64,000 bases of DNA from contig CAWETI010000003.1 of assembly GCA_963812015.1 (NCBI GenBank), positions 544,001-608,000 on the forward strand, read 5' to 3'. The translations under genes were made by a program, and so were the position numbers. Positions within the stretch are counted from its first letter, which is position 1, and every line of letters begins with the position of its first letter. Shown here in pieces: positions 18,692 through 29,520 of this stretch. The notes under the pieces were generated by a model that worked only from the letters and a program-made list of their open reading frames with translations, was not told the origin of the DNA and did not search any database. The stretch comes from an uncultured delta proteobacterium. GTDB taxonomy: Bacteria; Desulfobacterota; Desulfobaccia; Desulfobaccales; 0-14-0-80-60-11.

Positions 18692-18973
18692 GTGGATTAT
18701 CAATGGGACCGGGACAAGGGCAGGGTCAACCGGCAGAAACACGCGGTTGATTTTGCCGACGCGGTGGGCGTTTTTGAAGATCCCCTGGCCTTGACCATTG
18801 ACGATCCGGGGAGTCTGGAAGAACCGCGTTGGATAACCTTGGGAGCGGATTTCGGGGGCCGGCTTTTGGTAGTGGTTTATACGTATCGGGGAGAGGCTAT
18901 CCGCTTAATCTCTGCCCGGAAGGCAACTAAAAAAGAGCGAGATTGCTATGAAGGGAAAAGAACCGGAATATGA
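18692..18973 (+). CDS. brnT: BrnT-family toxin
   Basis: YQWD..K...N..KH.VDF.DA, EPRWITLG, LVVVYT.R...IRLISARKAT..E. Confidence 0.9.
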   Translation: MDYQWDRDKGRVNRQKHAVDFADAVGVFEDPLALTIDDPGSLEEPRWITLGADFGGRLLVVVYTYRGEAIRLISARKATKKERDCYEGKRTGI

Positions 18974-19214
18974 TTTCAGTAAGGGCCGGCGCGGTCCGGT
19001 GGTTTCTCCGCCGCCCGGCAAGACCCGCATCACCATTCGCCTGGACCAGGATATTCTGGAGTGGTTCAAGAACAAGGTGCATGAAGCCGGGGGCGGCAAC
19101 TACCAGACTTTGATCAATCAGGCCTTGCGGGAATATATCCAGTATCGCGGCGGCCTGCTGGCGGAGACCCTGCGCCGGGTGATCAAGGAAGAACTGGCTG
19201 AGGCGAATAGTTAA
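18948..19214 (+). CDS. brnA: BrnA-family antitoxin
   Basis: EYDFSKG, KTRITIRLDQDILEWFK, YQTLINQALR; overlaps brnT. Confidence 0.9.
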   Translation: MKGKEPEYDFSKGRRGPVVSPPPGKTRITIRLDQDILEWFKNKVHEAGGGNYQTLINQALREYIQYRGGLLAETLRRVIKEELAEANS

Positions 19215-19235
19215 ACAGGCAGCCCGCGATTTAAG

Positions 19236-19457
19236 CTAAGACTGGGAGGCCTCAGCCTCTTCTTTACACCGCTTTCTGGCTTCTTTGCGGCAGAGTTCCC
19301 AGATGACGCAGCCGGGGCGGAATTTGCAGTAGAGGCAGGGATCGGTGCAGGCCCGGCAATTATCCAGGCATTCCTGGCAGTAGGCGACTTCCATCTTCTG
19401 GCAGAGGACGCAGGCGGCCCGGTCCGGGTGATGGCGGCATTTATCCATAAATTCCAT
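19236..19457 (-). CDS. Small cysteine-rich protein (B-box-like N-terminus)
   Basis: 12 Cys in 73 aa; CxxHPD...CxxC...YCxEC. Confidence 0.65.
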   Translation of the reverse strand: MEFMDKCRHHPDRAACVLCQKMEVAYCQECLDNCRACTDPCLYCKFRPGCVIWELCRKEARKRCKEEAEASQS

Positions 19458-19615
19458 AAAAATATCATATCAAAAACTTCAATCAGTTAAAATGGTGTCC
19501 GGGGGTGTTGAGGGCCGCAGCTATTTCGCCCCGGCGAGACGCCGACGCCGCCGAGACCATCCGCCCCTGAAACTCCGAAATCACCGCCGCGGGATGGCCC
19601 GGAAGAGGATGATTT

Positions 19616-20278
19616 ATGACCGAAGACCACTACACCGCCATGCGCCACCGGATGGTGGATACTCAGATCGCGGCCCGGGGGGTGCGCGACCCCAGGGTGC
19701 TGGCGGCCATGAAGAAAGTGCCCCGGCACCGCTTTATCCCGTCACCTTTGTGGGACCAGGCCTACAGCGACTATCCCCTGCCCATCGGGGAGGACCAGAC
19801 CATCTCCCAGCCTTATATCGTGGCCCTGATGACCGAGATCTTGGAGCTGAAGGACACGGACCGGGTGCTGGAAATCGGCACCGGCTCGGGCTACCAGGCG
19901 GCCATCCTGGCGGAGCTGGCGGCCCAGGTCTGCACCATCGACCGGGTGGCGTCGCTGTTGGCCCAGGCGGAGCGGCTGCTGGACTCCCTGGGATATACCA
20001 ATATCAAGACCCGGGTGGGGGACGGCACCCTGGGCTGGCCCGAGGAGATGCCCTTCGAGGCCATCATCGTCACGGCCGGCGCCCCCCAGGTGCCCCGGCC
20101 CCTGACGGAGCAGTTGAGCCTCGGGGGGCGGCTGGTGATTCCGGTGGGGGACCAGTGGTCCCAAACCCTCACCTGCGTCCGCAAGACCACCGAAGGGCTG
20201 AAGCTTGAGTACCACGGCGGCTGCCGCTTCGTGCGGCTCATCGGCGCATACGGCTGGGAAGAGGGCACCTGGACCTGA
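19616..20278 (+). CDS. pcm: Protein-L-isoaspartate O-methyltransferase
   Basis: VPRHRF, QTISQPY, VLEIGTGSGYQAA, GDG..GW, LVIPVG. Confidence 0.95.
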   Translation: MTEDHYTAMRHRMVDTQIAARGVRDPRVLAAMKKVPRHRFIPSPLWDQAYSDYPLPIGEDQTISQPYIVALMTEILELKDTDRVLEIGTGSGYQAAILAELAAQVCTIDRVASLLAQAERLLDSLGYTNIKTRVGDGTLGWPEEMPFEAIIVTAGAPQVPRPLTEQLSLGGRLVIPVGDQWSQTLTCVRKTTEGLKLEYHGGCRFVRLIGAYGWEEGTWT

Positions 20279-20449
20279 CTGAAGCAGGCCTGGCGCCGGG
20301 GGCGGGGGTCTTGTAGGTCGAAGTGATGGGGGGTGGGGGAACGGCCTGCGGGGTCCGGTGGAGAGGTCCCAAGCGCAGAGTTCTCTCTGTGGGTTCCCAA
20401 GTTCAACCGGCAAACCAGAAAGACACTACCGATAAAGCTTCACCCGCTT

Positions 20450-21373
20450 TTACTGTTTCATCCGTTCACCGGCATGAGCGAAATTCACTATCTGCTCTAT
20501 CAAAAACGCCGGCGCTTCCTCTGGCACAAAATGTCCGCTTTCTTCGGCAATGACACCCTTGAGATTGTCAGCCTTTTGCATCATTGCCTTGAAGAGATTA
20601 TCCGAAACGCCATACCGCCCGGCCACAGTAAGGACCGGCATGGCGAACTTCCGGTCCACATAAGCCGCGAGAAACTTGGCGTCGTCAGGCAAGGTGCGAT
20701 AGTAATTAAACCCGGCGGTCATCCCTCCCGGACTGGCGTAGTGTTTAGCATACTCATCGAGGGCATCTCGGGTTATGGCATCTTTCTGGTGCAGCCACTG
20801 CGTCATTTGCGCGGCAATGTATGCTCGTTCTCGATCTTTGGTCAGCATCTCGGGAAATTCCGCCGCCATATGAAATCCATAGTGCCACATCCCGCCTTTG
20901 GCGGGATCCATATTCTCAGTTCCGGGGGGCATGCAATCCACCATTATGAGTTTCGTCACCAGTTCGGGGTGCAACAAACTGAGGACATAAGCAACTTTTC
21001 CACCCATGTCATGGCCCACGACCATTGCTGATCCCGCTCCCAAATGCTTAATGAGCGCGGCAACATCGTTGGCGATAGTGTGCTTGTCGTATCCAGTCTG
21101 CGTCTTCTCGGAAAGCCCCAAGCCTCGCAAGTCCGGAGCAACAACCGTAAATTTGCCCGCGAGAGCCGGCATAACTTTATGCCACTCATACCAAGTCTGC
21201 GGCCAGCCATGGAGCAGAACAAGTAAAGGGCCTTTTCCCATCTTGACGTAGTGCAGGCGGATGCCATTCACTTGGGCGAAATGACTCTCGGCGCTTTTGG
21301 GCAGCTCGGCAGCCTGAGACGAAAGAGCCAGGCAAGACAGAATTAATGAAATCAATAATATACGTGGCTTCAT
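20450..21373 (-). CDS. Secreted alpha/beta hydrolase (epoxide hydrolase/dehalogenase-like)
   Basis: Signal peptide, LLHGWP, PDLRGLG, GHDMGG nucleophile elbow, SGHFVPEE; lower GC. Confidence 0.85.
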   Translation of the reverse strand: MKPRILLISLILSCLALSSQAAELPKSAESHFAQVNGIRLHYVKMGKGPLLVLLHGWPQTWYEWHKVMPALAGKFTVVAPDLRGLGLSEKTQTGYDKHTIANDVAALIKHLGAGSAMVVGHDMGGKVAYVLSLLHPELVTKLIMVDCMPPGTENMDPAKGGMWHYGFHMAAEFPEMLTKDRERAYIAAQMTQWLHQKDAITRDALDEYAKHYASPGGMTAGFNYYRTLPDDAKFLAAYVDRKFAMPVLTVAGRYGVSDNLFKAMMQKADNLKGVIAEESGHFVPEEAPAFLIEQIVNFAHAGERMKQ

Positions 21374-21527
21374 GGTAGAGAGTTAGGTGGAGCGAATCTT
21401 GGAAGTGTTTGCTGCCGAACCACCGGTATCAGGGACGTCACTCCTTGCTTCATTCAGGCCGCATTCCTTAAAACCGCCATAACCACCACCTCCACAGAAG
21501 AACATTTTTGCCACCCACCGGCAAGGC

Positions 21528-23423
21528 TTATTGCGCCTGGGCCACCCGGGGTTCGGACAGGCCGGCGGCGATGACCCGCCTGGCCAGGGGGGCGGCGTCT
21601 TCGCCGCCGTGGCCGCCATGTTCCACCAAGACGGTCACGGCCAAGCGGGGGTCGCCGGCCGGGGCATAGGCCACAAACCAGGCGTGATCTTGCGTGCGCC
21701 CAGTTCTCTTCTTTTTGGGATCATCGGGATCCAATGCGACCACCTGGGCGGTGCCGGTTTTGCCGGCCACCTGGATATTGGGGAGGCGGGCGGTTTTGCC
21801 CGTGCCTTTGGTTTCGCTGACGGCGCCCACCAGGGCCTGGCGCACCGTCTCCAAAGTGGCCGGGCTGGCCTCCAGGCGGGATTGGACCTCGGGTTTGGCC
21901 TGGTAAAGAATCTCCCCGGCGGGGTTTTCCACTTTTGCCACCAGATGGGTCTTATAGACGATGCCGCCGTTGGCGATGGCCGCCACCACCCGGGCCATCT
22001 GGAGGGGAGTGGTCAGGTTGTAGCCCTGGCCGATGGCCACCGACATCGTGTCGCCTTCGTGCCAGGCCCGATGAACCCGGTCCTGTTTCCAGGCCGTGGA
22101 TGCCACCAGGCCCGGCATCTCCTTGTCCAGGTCGCTGCCGGTGGGGTCGCCCAGGCCGAAGCGCTTGCTCCACTTGGCGATGCGCTCAATCCCCAGGAGC
22201 CGGCCCACCTCATAGAAATAGACGTCGCAGGACTCCACCAGGGCCCGGTGGAGATTTACCGGGCCGTGGCCGCCCTTGAGCCAGCAGTGAAAGACGTGAT
22301 TGCCGACGGGCAAGGCGCCGCTGCAGTGGATAAGGGTGCCGGGGGTGATGACATTTTCCTCCAGGCCGGCCACCGCCATGACGATTTTAAAGGTGGAACC
22401 CGGGGGATACTGGCCCCTGGCGGCGCGGTTTTCCAGGGGATGGGTCTTATCCTGGTTCAGCTTTTGCCACTCCTGATTGGTGAGCCCCCGCTCAAAGGCT
22501 TCCTGGGAAAAAGTGGGAGAGGACGCCAGGGCCAGGATATTGCCATTTTTGGGGTCCAGCACCACGATGGCCCCCGCCCGGCCTTCCAGGCAGGCCTCGG
22601 CTTCCTGTTGGAGCCGGCTATCCAGCGTGAGATAGACATTGGCCCCGGGGGTGGGAAAGACGCTGGCCAACTGGCCCAATTCCCGCCCGTAAGCGTCCAC
22701 TTCGATGCGGCGGTAGCCCCGCCGGCCCCGCAGGTAGTTCTCCCAGGCCAGTTCCACCCCGCATTTGCCGAGGTAATCCCCCACCTTATAATCAGCAAAC
22801 TTGGGGCTCTTGATCTGGACGTCATTGATTTCCCCCAGGTAGCCCAGGGTGTGGCAGGCCAGGCCTTTCAGGCGGTATTCCCGCTTCGGCTGGACCTGGA
22901 TGAGCACCCCCGGCAGCTCCGGTTGAAAGGTCTCCACCCGGGCCATCTCATCCCAAGCCAGGTCGGTGCGGACCCGCACCTGGTGCAGGCCGGCCTTTTT
23001 GCCGTTTTGCAGTTGGGTGGCCAGTTGCCGGGGGTCCAGGGGGAGCAGTTGAGCCAGGCGGCCGGCTAGGCGGGGGATATCCCCCACATCCTCCAGGACC
23101 ACCACCAGTTCATAGCTGGGGCGGTTGGCCACCAGTACCTGGCCGGTGCGGTCGAGAATCATGCCTCGCCAGGGGGGCAGGTCCAGGAGGCGGATGCGGT
23201 TGTGCTCGGAACGCTGCTGCATCTCATCGCCCTGAAGCAGTTGCAGGAACCAGAGACGCAAGAAGAGGAGCCCGAAGAGACAGAGAACGATCAGGGCGGT
23301 GCGGGCGAAGGTCCGGCGGACGCGCTCCTGTTCCTCCGGGGACATCACTCCCCCGAGGCTGGGTTCCAGGCGCGGGAAGCCGGAAAATCTCTTGTCATCC
23401 AGGCGCAGCATAATCGCTCTCAC
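21528..23423 (-). CDS. mrdA: Penicillin-binding protein 2 (start may be the ATG at 23346)
   Basis: RGMILDR, YPPGSTFK (SxxK), SCD, KTGTAQ; downstream of mreBCD. Confidence 0.93.
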   Translation of the reverse strand: MRAIMLRLDDKRFSGFPRLEPSLGGVMSPEEQERVRRTFARTALIVLCLFGLLFLRLWFLQLLQGDEMQQRSEHNRIRLLDLPPWRGMILDRTGQVLVANRPSYELVVVLEDVGDIPRLAGRLAQLLPLDPRQLATQLQNGKKAGLHQVRVRTDLAWDEMARVETFQPELPGVLIQVQPKREYRLKGLACHTLGYLGEINDVQIKSPKFADYKVGDYLGKCGVELAWENYLRGRRGYRRIEVDAYGRELGQLASVFPTPGANVYLTLDSRLQQEAEACLEGRAGAIVVLDPKNGNILALASSPTFSQEAFERGLTNQEWQKLNQDKTHPLENRAARGQYPPGSTFKIVMAVAGLEENVITPGTLIHCSGALPVGNHVFHCWLKGGHGPVNLHRALVESCDVYFYEVGRLLGIERIAKWSKRFGLGDPTGSDLDKEMPGLVASTAWKQDRVHRAWHEGDTMSVAIGQGYNLTTPLQMARVVAAIANGGIVYKTHLVAKVENPAGEILYQAKPEVQSRLEASPATLETVRQALVGAVSETKGTGKTARLPNIQVAGKTGTAQVVALDPDDPKKKRTGRTQDHAWFVAYAPAGDPRLAVTVLVEHGGHGGEDAAPLARRVIAAGLSEPRVAQAQ

Positions 23424-23488
23424 GCATCCGGGTCATCCACCCGATAACCGGGGCTCCGGTCGCCGGCGCCGGGGGAAATTTATCGTCT

Positions 23489-23623
23489 TAGAAGCTATTT
23501 CAAAACCGGTTTATTGTGTCACCCGGAACACCAGCGAAGGGTCTAGGTTATTGGAAAGAATAGATTCTTCGCTTCGCTCAGAATGACAAACCGGCGCAAA
23601 AAGAGGTTTTGAAATAGGTTCTA
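23489..23623. mobile_element. 135-bp MITE-like element with 19-bp terminal inverted repeats enclosing a GTCA-type REP pair, copy 1
   Basis: TAGAAGCTATTTCAAAACC ... GGTTTTGAAATAGGTTCTA (1 mismatch); internal AGATTCTTCGCTTCGCTCAGAATGAC; second copy at 55890-56024. Confidence 0.75.
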
Positions 23624-23690
23624 GTCACCATCCTGCCGTCCCTGGGCCGGATCTGGAACAAAACCAGGCCCCAATCGAGTTATGCCTGCC

Positions 23691-24217
23691 TCATTTTCCA
23701 AAAGGCTGATAGGGCATAGGTTCATTCCTGGGCCGCCAGCCCAGGCGGCGAAGAAAGTCTTCCACGCCTTGCACCAAGAGATGCATCAGGGGCCCCAGGG
23801 CCGCGGTGCCCAGAATCTCCATGGCGTGCAGCTTGATCAGACCCTGGGAAAAAATGGGCTGGTAGCCCAGGGTGAAGGTGACGATCTGCAAGAACCCTTC
23901 TTGCAAAGCCAGGGCGACTAGGCAGGCCACCGCCTGGAATCCCATCTGCTGCAGCAGCAGACCACGCCGGGAATACCGGGCCACGGCCACCAGCACCAGG
24001 GACGCCCCCAAATGGAGTCCCAGAGGGGTGGTGGCATAACTATCCTCCAGGAGGCCCAACCCCAGGCCCAACACCAGGGACAGGAACAGGGACGGCCGCA
24101 GGCTGACGTAAAACAGCAGCAGGGCCAGCAGACGCAGGTGCACATAGGGAAAGAACACCAGGTACTGCACGTAAAAGAGGACCAGGCCCACCAGGCTGAA
24201 AGCTATCAGAGGCGCCA

Positions 24218-24218
<1 letters not shown>
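23691..24218 (-). CDS. mreD: Rod shape-determining protein MreD
   Basis: Hydrophobic, GLLEDS...LGLH motif, lies between mreC and mrdA. Confidence 0.8.
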
Positions 24219-26109
<1,891 letters not shown>

Positions 26110-26375
26110 TTAACATCGTGGAAACACCGCTTTCCGCACCGTAGTGCCAGCCTAAGGGCAAAAAAAGCGCCCGGTCCCCGAGCGCCATGGCGACGTGAGA
26201 AGCCCCTGATTATCCTATTGTGCCTACTTAGTGAAAAAATTCAACTAAAAATATCTGCACCGGGGCCGAGGCGGCCGCTGCGGAGGACGGAAAAACTTAG
26301 GCCGGCTCTTGACAAATGCGGCTATACATGGTTTATACAATGTTTGGAATAAGTTCCGGGTATAAGGATGAGAGA

Positions 26376-26510
26376 ATGAAACGTACATATCAACCCCATA
26401 ATTTACGCCGGGCCCGCACCCATGGGTTTTTGGAACGGATGAGCACCCGGGGCGGCCGCCGGGTGATAAAGCGCCGCCGGGCCAGAGGCCGCAAACACCT
26501 CTCAGCCTGA
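26376..26510 (+). CDS. rpmH: 50S ribosomal protein L34
   Basis: [30 protein letters not shown], 44 aa. Confidence 0.97.
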   Translation: MKRTYQPHNLRRARTHGFLERMSTRGGRRVIKRRRARGRKHLSA

Positions 26511-26546
26511 GGGGTGGGAGCCTTAAAGCCTCATCCCTGATATCAA

Positions 26547-26939
26547 TTGCCGGTGCTCCGCCCCTGTCCTGAACCCAACCATAGAGGGGCCGCCCGTTTC
26601 ACCAAGGCGGAGCGGCTCCGCCATCGCCAAGACTTCCTCCGGGCCCAGGCCCAGGGCAAGCGGCTCTATACGCGCCATTTCGGCTTGGTTCTTGCTCCGA
26701 TGGAGGCGGGCAGTCCCCGTCTGGGACTGGTGGTGACCAAACGCCTGGGGAAAGCGGTGCAGCGCAATCGCGTCAAACGCTTGCTCCGGGAATTTTTTCG
26801 CCGCCACAAAACCGGATTGCCCGCCGTCGACTTGGTCATCATGGCCAAGAAGGGGGCTGCGGCTCTGGGGTATCGTCAGGTCGAAGAGGAGTTGGGCCGG
26901 TTGCTGTTCTCCCGGGCCAGGAAGAGAACTCATGACTAA
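26547..26939 (+). CDS. rnpA: Ribonuclease P protein component
   Basis: RLGLVVTKRLGKAVQRNRVKRLLRE. Confidence 0.93.
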   Translation: MPVLRPCPEPNHRGAARFTKAERLRHRQDFLRAQAQGKRLYTRHFGLVLAPMEAGSPRLGLVVTKRLGKAVQRNRVKRLLREFFRRHKTGLPAVDLVIMAKKGAAALGYRQVEEELGRLLFSRARKRTHD

Positions 26940-27141
26940 AGTGGCCCTCCTGATAATCCGCGCATATCAGGTGCTGATCTCGCCTCTGTTTCCCAGCAGT
27001 TGCCGGTTTGCTCCGACGTGTTCCCAGTACGCCGCCGAGGCCTTGAGCCGTCACGGCGTCTGGCGCGGCCTCGGGTTAACCATCAGGCGTCTCTGTCGCT
27101 GCCACCCTTTCCATCCCGGAGGGTGGGACCCGGTACCTTAG
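26932..27141 (+). CDS. yidD: Membrane protein insertion efficiency factor YidD
   Basis: YQ..ISP...CRFAPTCSQY...RCHPFHPGG.DPVP. Confidence 0.95.
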   Translation: MTKVALLIIRAYQVLISPLFPSSCRFAPTCSQYAAEALSRHGVWRGLGLTIRRLCRCHPFHPGGWDPVP

Positions 27142-27150
27142 GAGTTTCTT

Positions 27151-28836
27151 ATGGAAAGAAGGGCCTTGATTGCCCTGGCCTTAAGTTTTGTAGTGTTCAT
27201 GGCGTTCATCTATTACGGGGAAAAGACGAAGCGCCCCGTGGCGCCTGGACCGACCACTCAGACTGCGACCCAGCCGGCGGCCCCGGCCCCGGCCCCGGCG
27301 CCATCTCCGGTAGCGGCGCGGCCCACCCCGCCGCCCAAGGCTCCAGGGAGCCGTCCCGCCAAAGACGTGGTGGTGGACACCCCCTTGTTCAAGGCGGTAT
27401 TCACCGAGCTGGGAGCCCGGCTCAAGAGCTTCCAGTTGAAGAGGTATAAGGACCGCATGCCCTTTGCGCCCATCTCTCAACTTAAATTGGGGCCGGTGTC
27501 CTTTGAGCTGGAGCGCTACCTCAACCCGGAAAAGGCCGGAATCACACCCAAGGATTTGGTCCGGGAGGGCGGCGGCAATGAGTTGCCGCTGACCGTGAGT
27601 TGGGAAGGGAAAACCCTCAACCTCCCCGGGATGGAACTGAGTCAGGCCTCCACCTCGGCCCTGACCCTCAGCGCCGGGGAAAAGGGCACGGTCAAATTTA
27701 CCAGCGTCAGTCCCGAGGGCCTGACCTTGGTTAAGACGTACACCTTCAAAGGCGACAGTTACGGCTTCGACCTGGCGGTCCAGGTGACCAACCACACCGG
27801 CCAGTCACTGGATGGCCAAGTCAACCTGGACCTGAGCGAGAATTTTGCCGGGGAAGAAGCCAACCGCTTTCATTTCCTGGGGTTCAACGGCTCCATCAAT
27901 AATAAGCTTGAAGACATCAAAAGCGGCGGCCTCAAGGAATCCAAGACCTTTACCGGCCAAGTGCAGTGGGCCGGGTTGGACGAAGGTTACTTCATGACGG
28001 TCATGGTCCCCGAGTCGGCCAAGGCCTGGGTTACCCTGAACGAGCCACCGAAAGCGCCCATGGTGGCCAGCCTCAGGAACCCCGTGGAGGCCCTGGCGCC
28101 GGGACAGGCGACCCAGTTTTCCTACGTCCTCTATTTCGGCCCGAAAAACCTGGACGATCTCAAGACCCTGGGCCTGGAAAAGGCGGTCAACTTCGGCTGG
28201 TTTGACGTGCTGGGAAAACCGCTCCTGCACTTGTTGAATTGGCTGCACCGCTATTCCTTCAACTATGGTTGGGCCATTGTCATCCTGACCATCCTGCTCC
28301 GGATCGTTTTCTGGTATCCCAACCACAAGAGCTACAAGTCCATGAAGGACATGCAGAAGCTCCAGCCCAAGGTGGCCAAGATCCGGGAAAAGTATAAGGA
28401 TGACAAAGAGCTCATGAACAAGGAACTCATGGCCCTGTACAAGACCTTCAAGGTCAATCCCATGGCCGGGTGCCTGCCCATGGTGATACAACTACCGGTA
28501 TTCATCGCCCTCTATAACGTGTTGGGGTATGCCATCGAACTGCGCCATGCCAGCTTTATCCCCACCCTGCCGTTTACCGACATCGTATGGCTGGCGGATC
28601 TGTCCGCCAAAGACCCCTTGCTCATCACCCCCCTGGTTATGGGGGCCACCATGTTCCTCCAGCAAAAGATGACGCCGTCCGCCGGCGATCCCACCCAGGC
28701 CAAGATGATGATGTTTTTGCCCTTGATTTTTACGTTTATGTTTCTGAATTTCGCTTCGGGTCTGGTAGTCTATTGGCTGATGAACAACGTTCTGTCCATC
28801 GCCCAGCAGCACTATACCAATAAGTACCTTACCTAG
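27151..28836 (+). CDS. yidC: Membrane protein insertase YidC
   Basis: YFGPK, FGWF, NYGWAI, NPMAGCLP..IQ.P, WLADLS..DP. Confidence 0.96.
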   Translation: MERRALIALALSFVVFMAFIYYGEKTKRPVAPGPTTQTATQPAAPAPAPAPSPVAARPTPPPKAPGSRPAKDVVVDTPLFKAVFTELGARLKSFQLKRYKDRMPFAPISQLKLGPVSFELERYLNPEKAGITPKDLVREGGGNELPLTVSWEGKTLNLPGMELSQASTSALTLSAGEKGTVKFTSVSPEGLTLVKTYTFKGDSYGFDLAVQVTNHTGQSLDGQVNLDLSENFAGEEANRFHFLGFNGSINNKLEDIKSGGLKESKTFTGQVQWAGLDEGYFMTVMVPESAKAWVTLNEPPKAPMVASLRNPVEALAPGQATQFSYVLYFGPKNLDDLKTLGLEKAVNFGWFDVLGKPLLHLLNWLHRYSFNYGWAIVILTILLRIVFWYPNHKSYKSMKDMQKLQPKVAKIREKYKDDKELMNKELMALYKTFKVNPMAGCLPMVIQLPVFIALYNVLGYAIELRHASFIPTLPFTDIVWLADLSAKDPLLITPLVMGATMFLQQKMTPSAGDPTQAKMMMFLPLIFTFMFLNFASGLVVYWLMNNVLSIAQQHYTNKYLT

Positions 28837-28854
28837 TCCTCAGGGGAAGTATTG

Positions 28855-29520
28855 ATGGAGTTTCTGGAGTTTGAAGGTAAGACTACCGAAGAGGCCATCG
28901 AAAGCGCCTGCGCCCATTTCCAGGTTCCTGCCGAACAGTTGGAGATGGAGATTTTATCGGTGGGATCCCCCGGAATTTTTGGCCTGGGGGGTCGGAAGGC
29001 CAGGATTCGCGCCGCTGTGGCGCAAGAGCCGGAGGATGATCTGCTGCCCCTGGCCCGGGAAATCCTGGAGCAGCTCCTGGTGAAGATGCAAGAGCCGGGC
29101 AGCGTAACCGCCACTCAGGAAGAAGACCGGATCAACCTGCTCATTGAAACCGCCGACGCCGGTCTGCTCATCGGCAAGCAAGGCCAGACCCTGGACGCCC
29201 TGCAGTATCTCGTCACCAAGATGCTGGCGAAGCAAACCCGGGGCAAGGTCAGGATTGCCATTGACGTAGAAGCCTACCGGGCCCGCCACAATGAGGCCCT
29301 GGCCCTGCTGGCCTGCAAATATGGCGAGAAGGTCAAACGCAGCGGCAAATCCGTCACCCTGAATCCCATGAATCCCTATGATCGCCGCATCGTCCACATG
29401 GCCCTCCAGGGTGACAAGGATGTAAAGACCGTCAGCCGGGGGGAAGGCCTCTACAAAAAGGTGGTCATTTCACCGGTCAGAAAGAAGGCAGGCCAGGAGG
29501 ATGCAGCCGGCCCGGCATGA
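28855..29520 (+). CDS. jag: RNA-binding protein Jag/EloR (KH and R3H domains)
   Basis: GKTTEEAI, LIGKQGQTLDALQ, MNPYDRRIVH. Confidence 0.92.
   Translation: MEFLEFEGKTTEEAIESACAHFQVPAEQLEMEILSVGSPGIFGLGGRKARIRAAVAQEPEDDLLPLAREILEQLLVKMQEPGSVTATQEEDRINLLIETADAGLLIGKQGQTLDALQYLVTKMLAKQTRGKVRIAIDVEAYRARHNEALALLACKYGEKVKRSGKSVTLNPMNPYDRRIVHMALQGDKDVKTVSRGEGLYKKVVISPVRKKAGQEDAAGPA

Noticed and set aside
21531..23069. Long antisense ORFs (512 aa here; also 25177-26079, 33567-34661, 48975-50279, 59145-60389, 60555-61676)
   Set aside because: Shadow frames of GC-rich genes with no recognisable motifs
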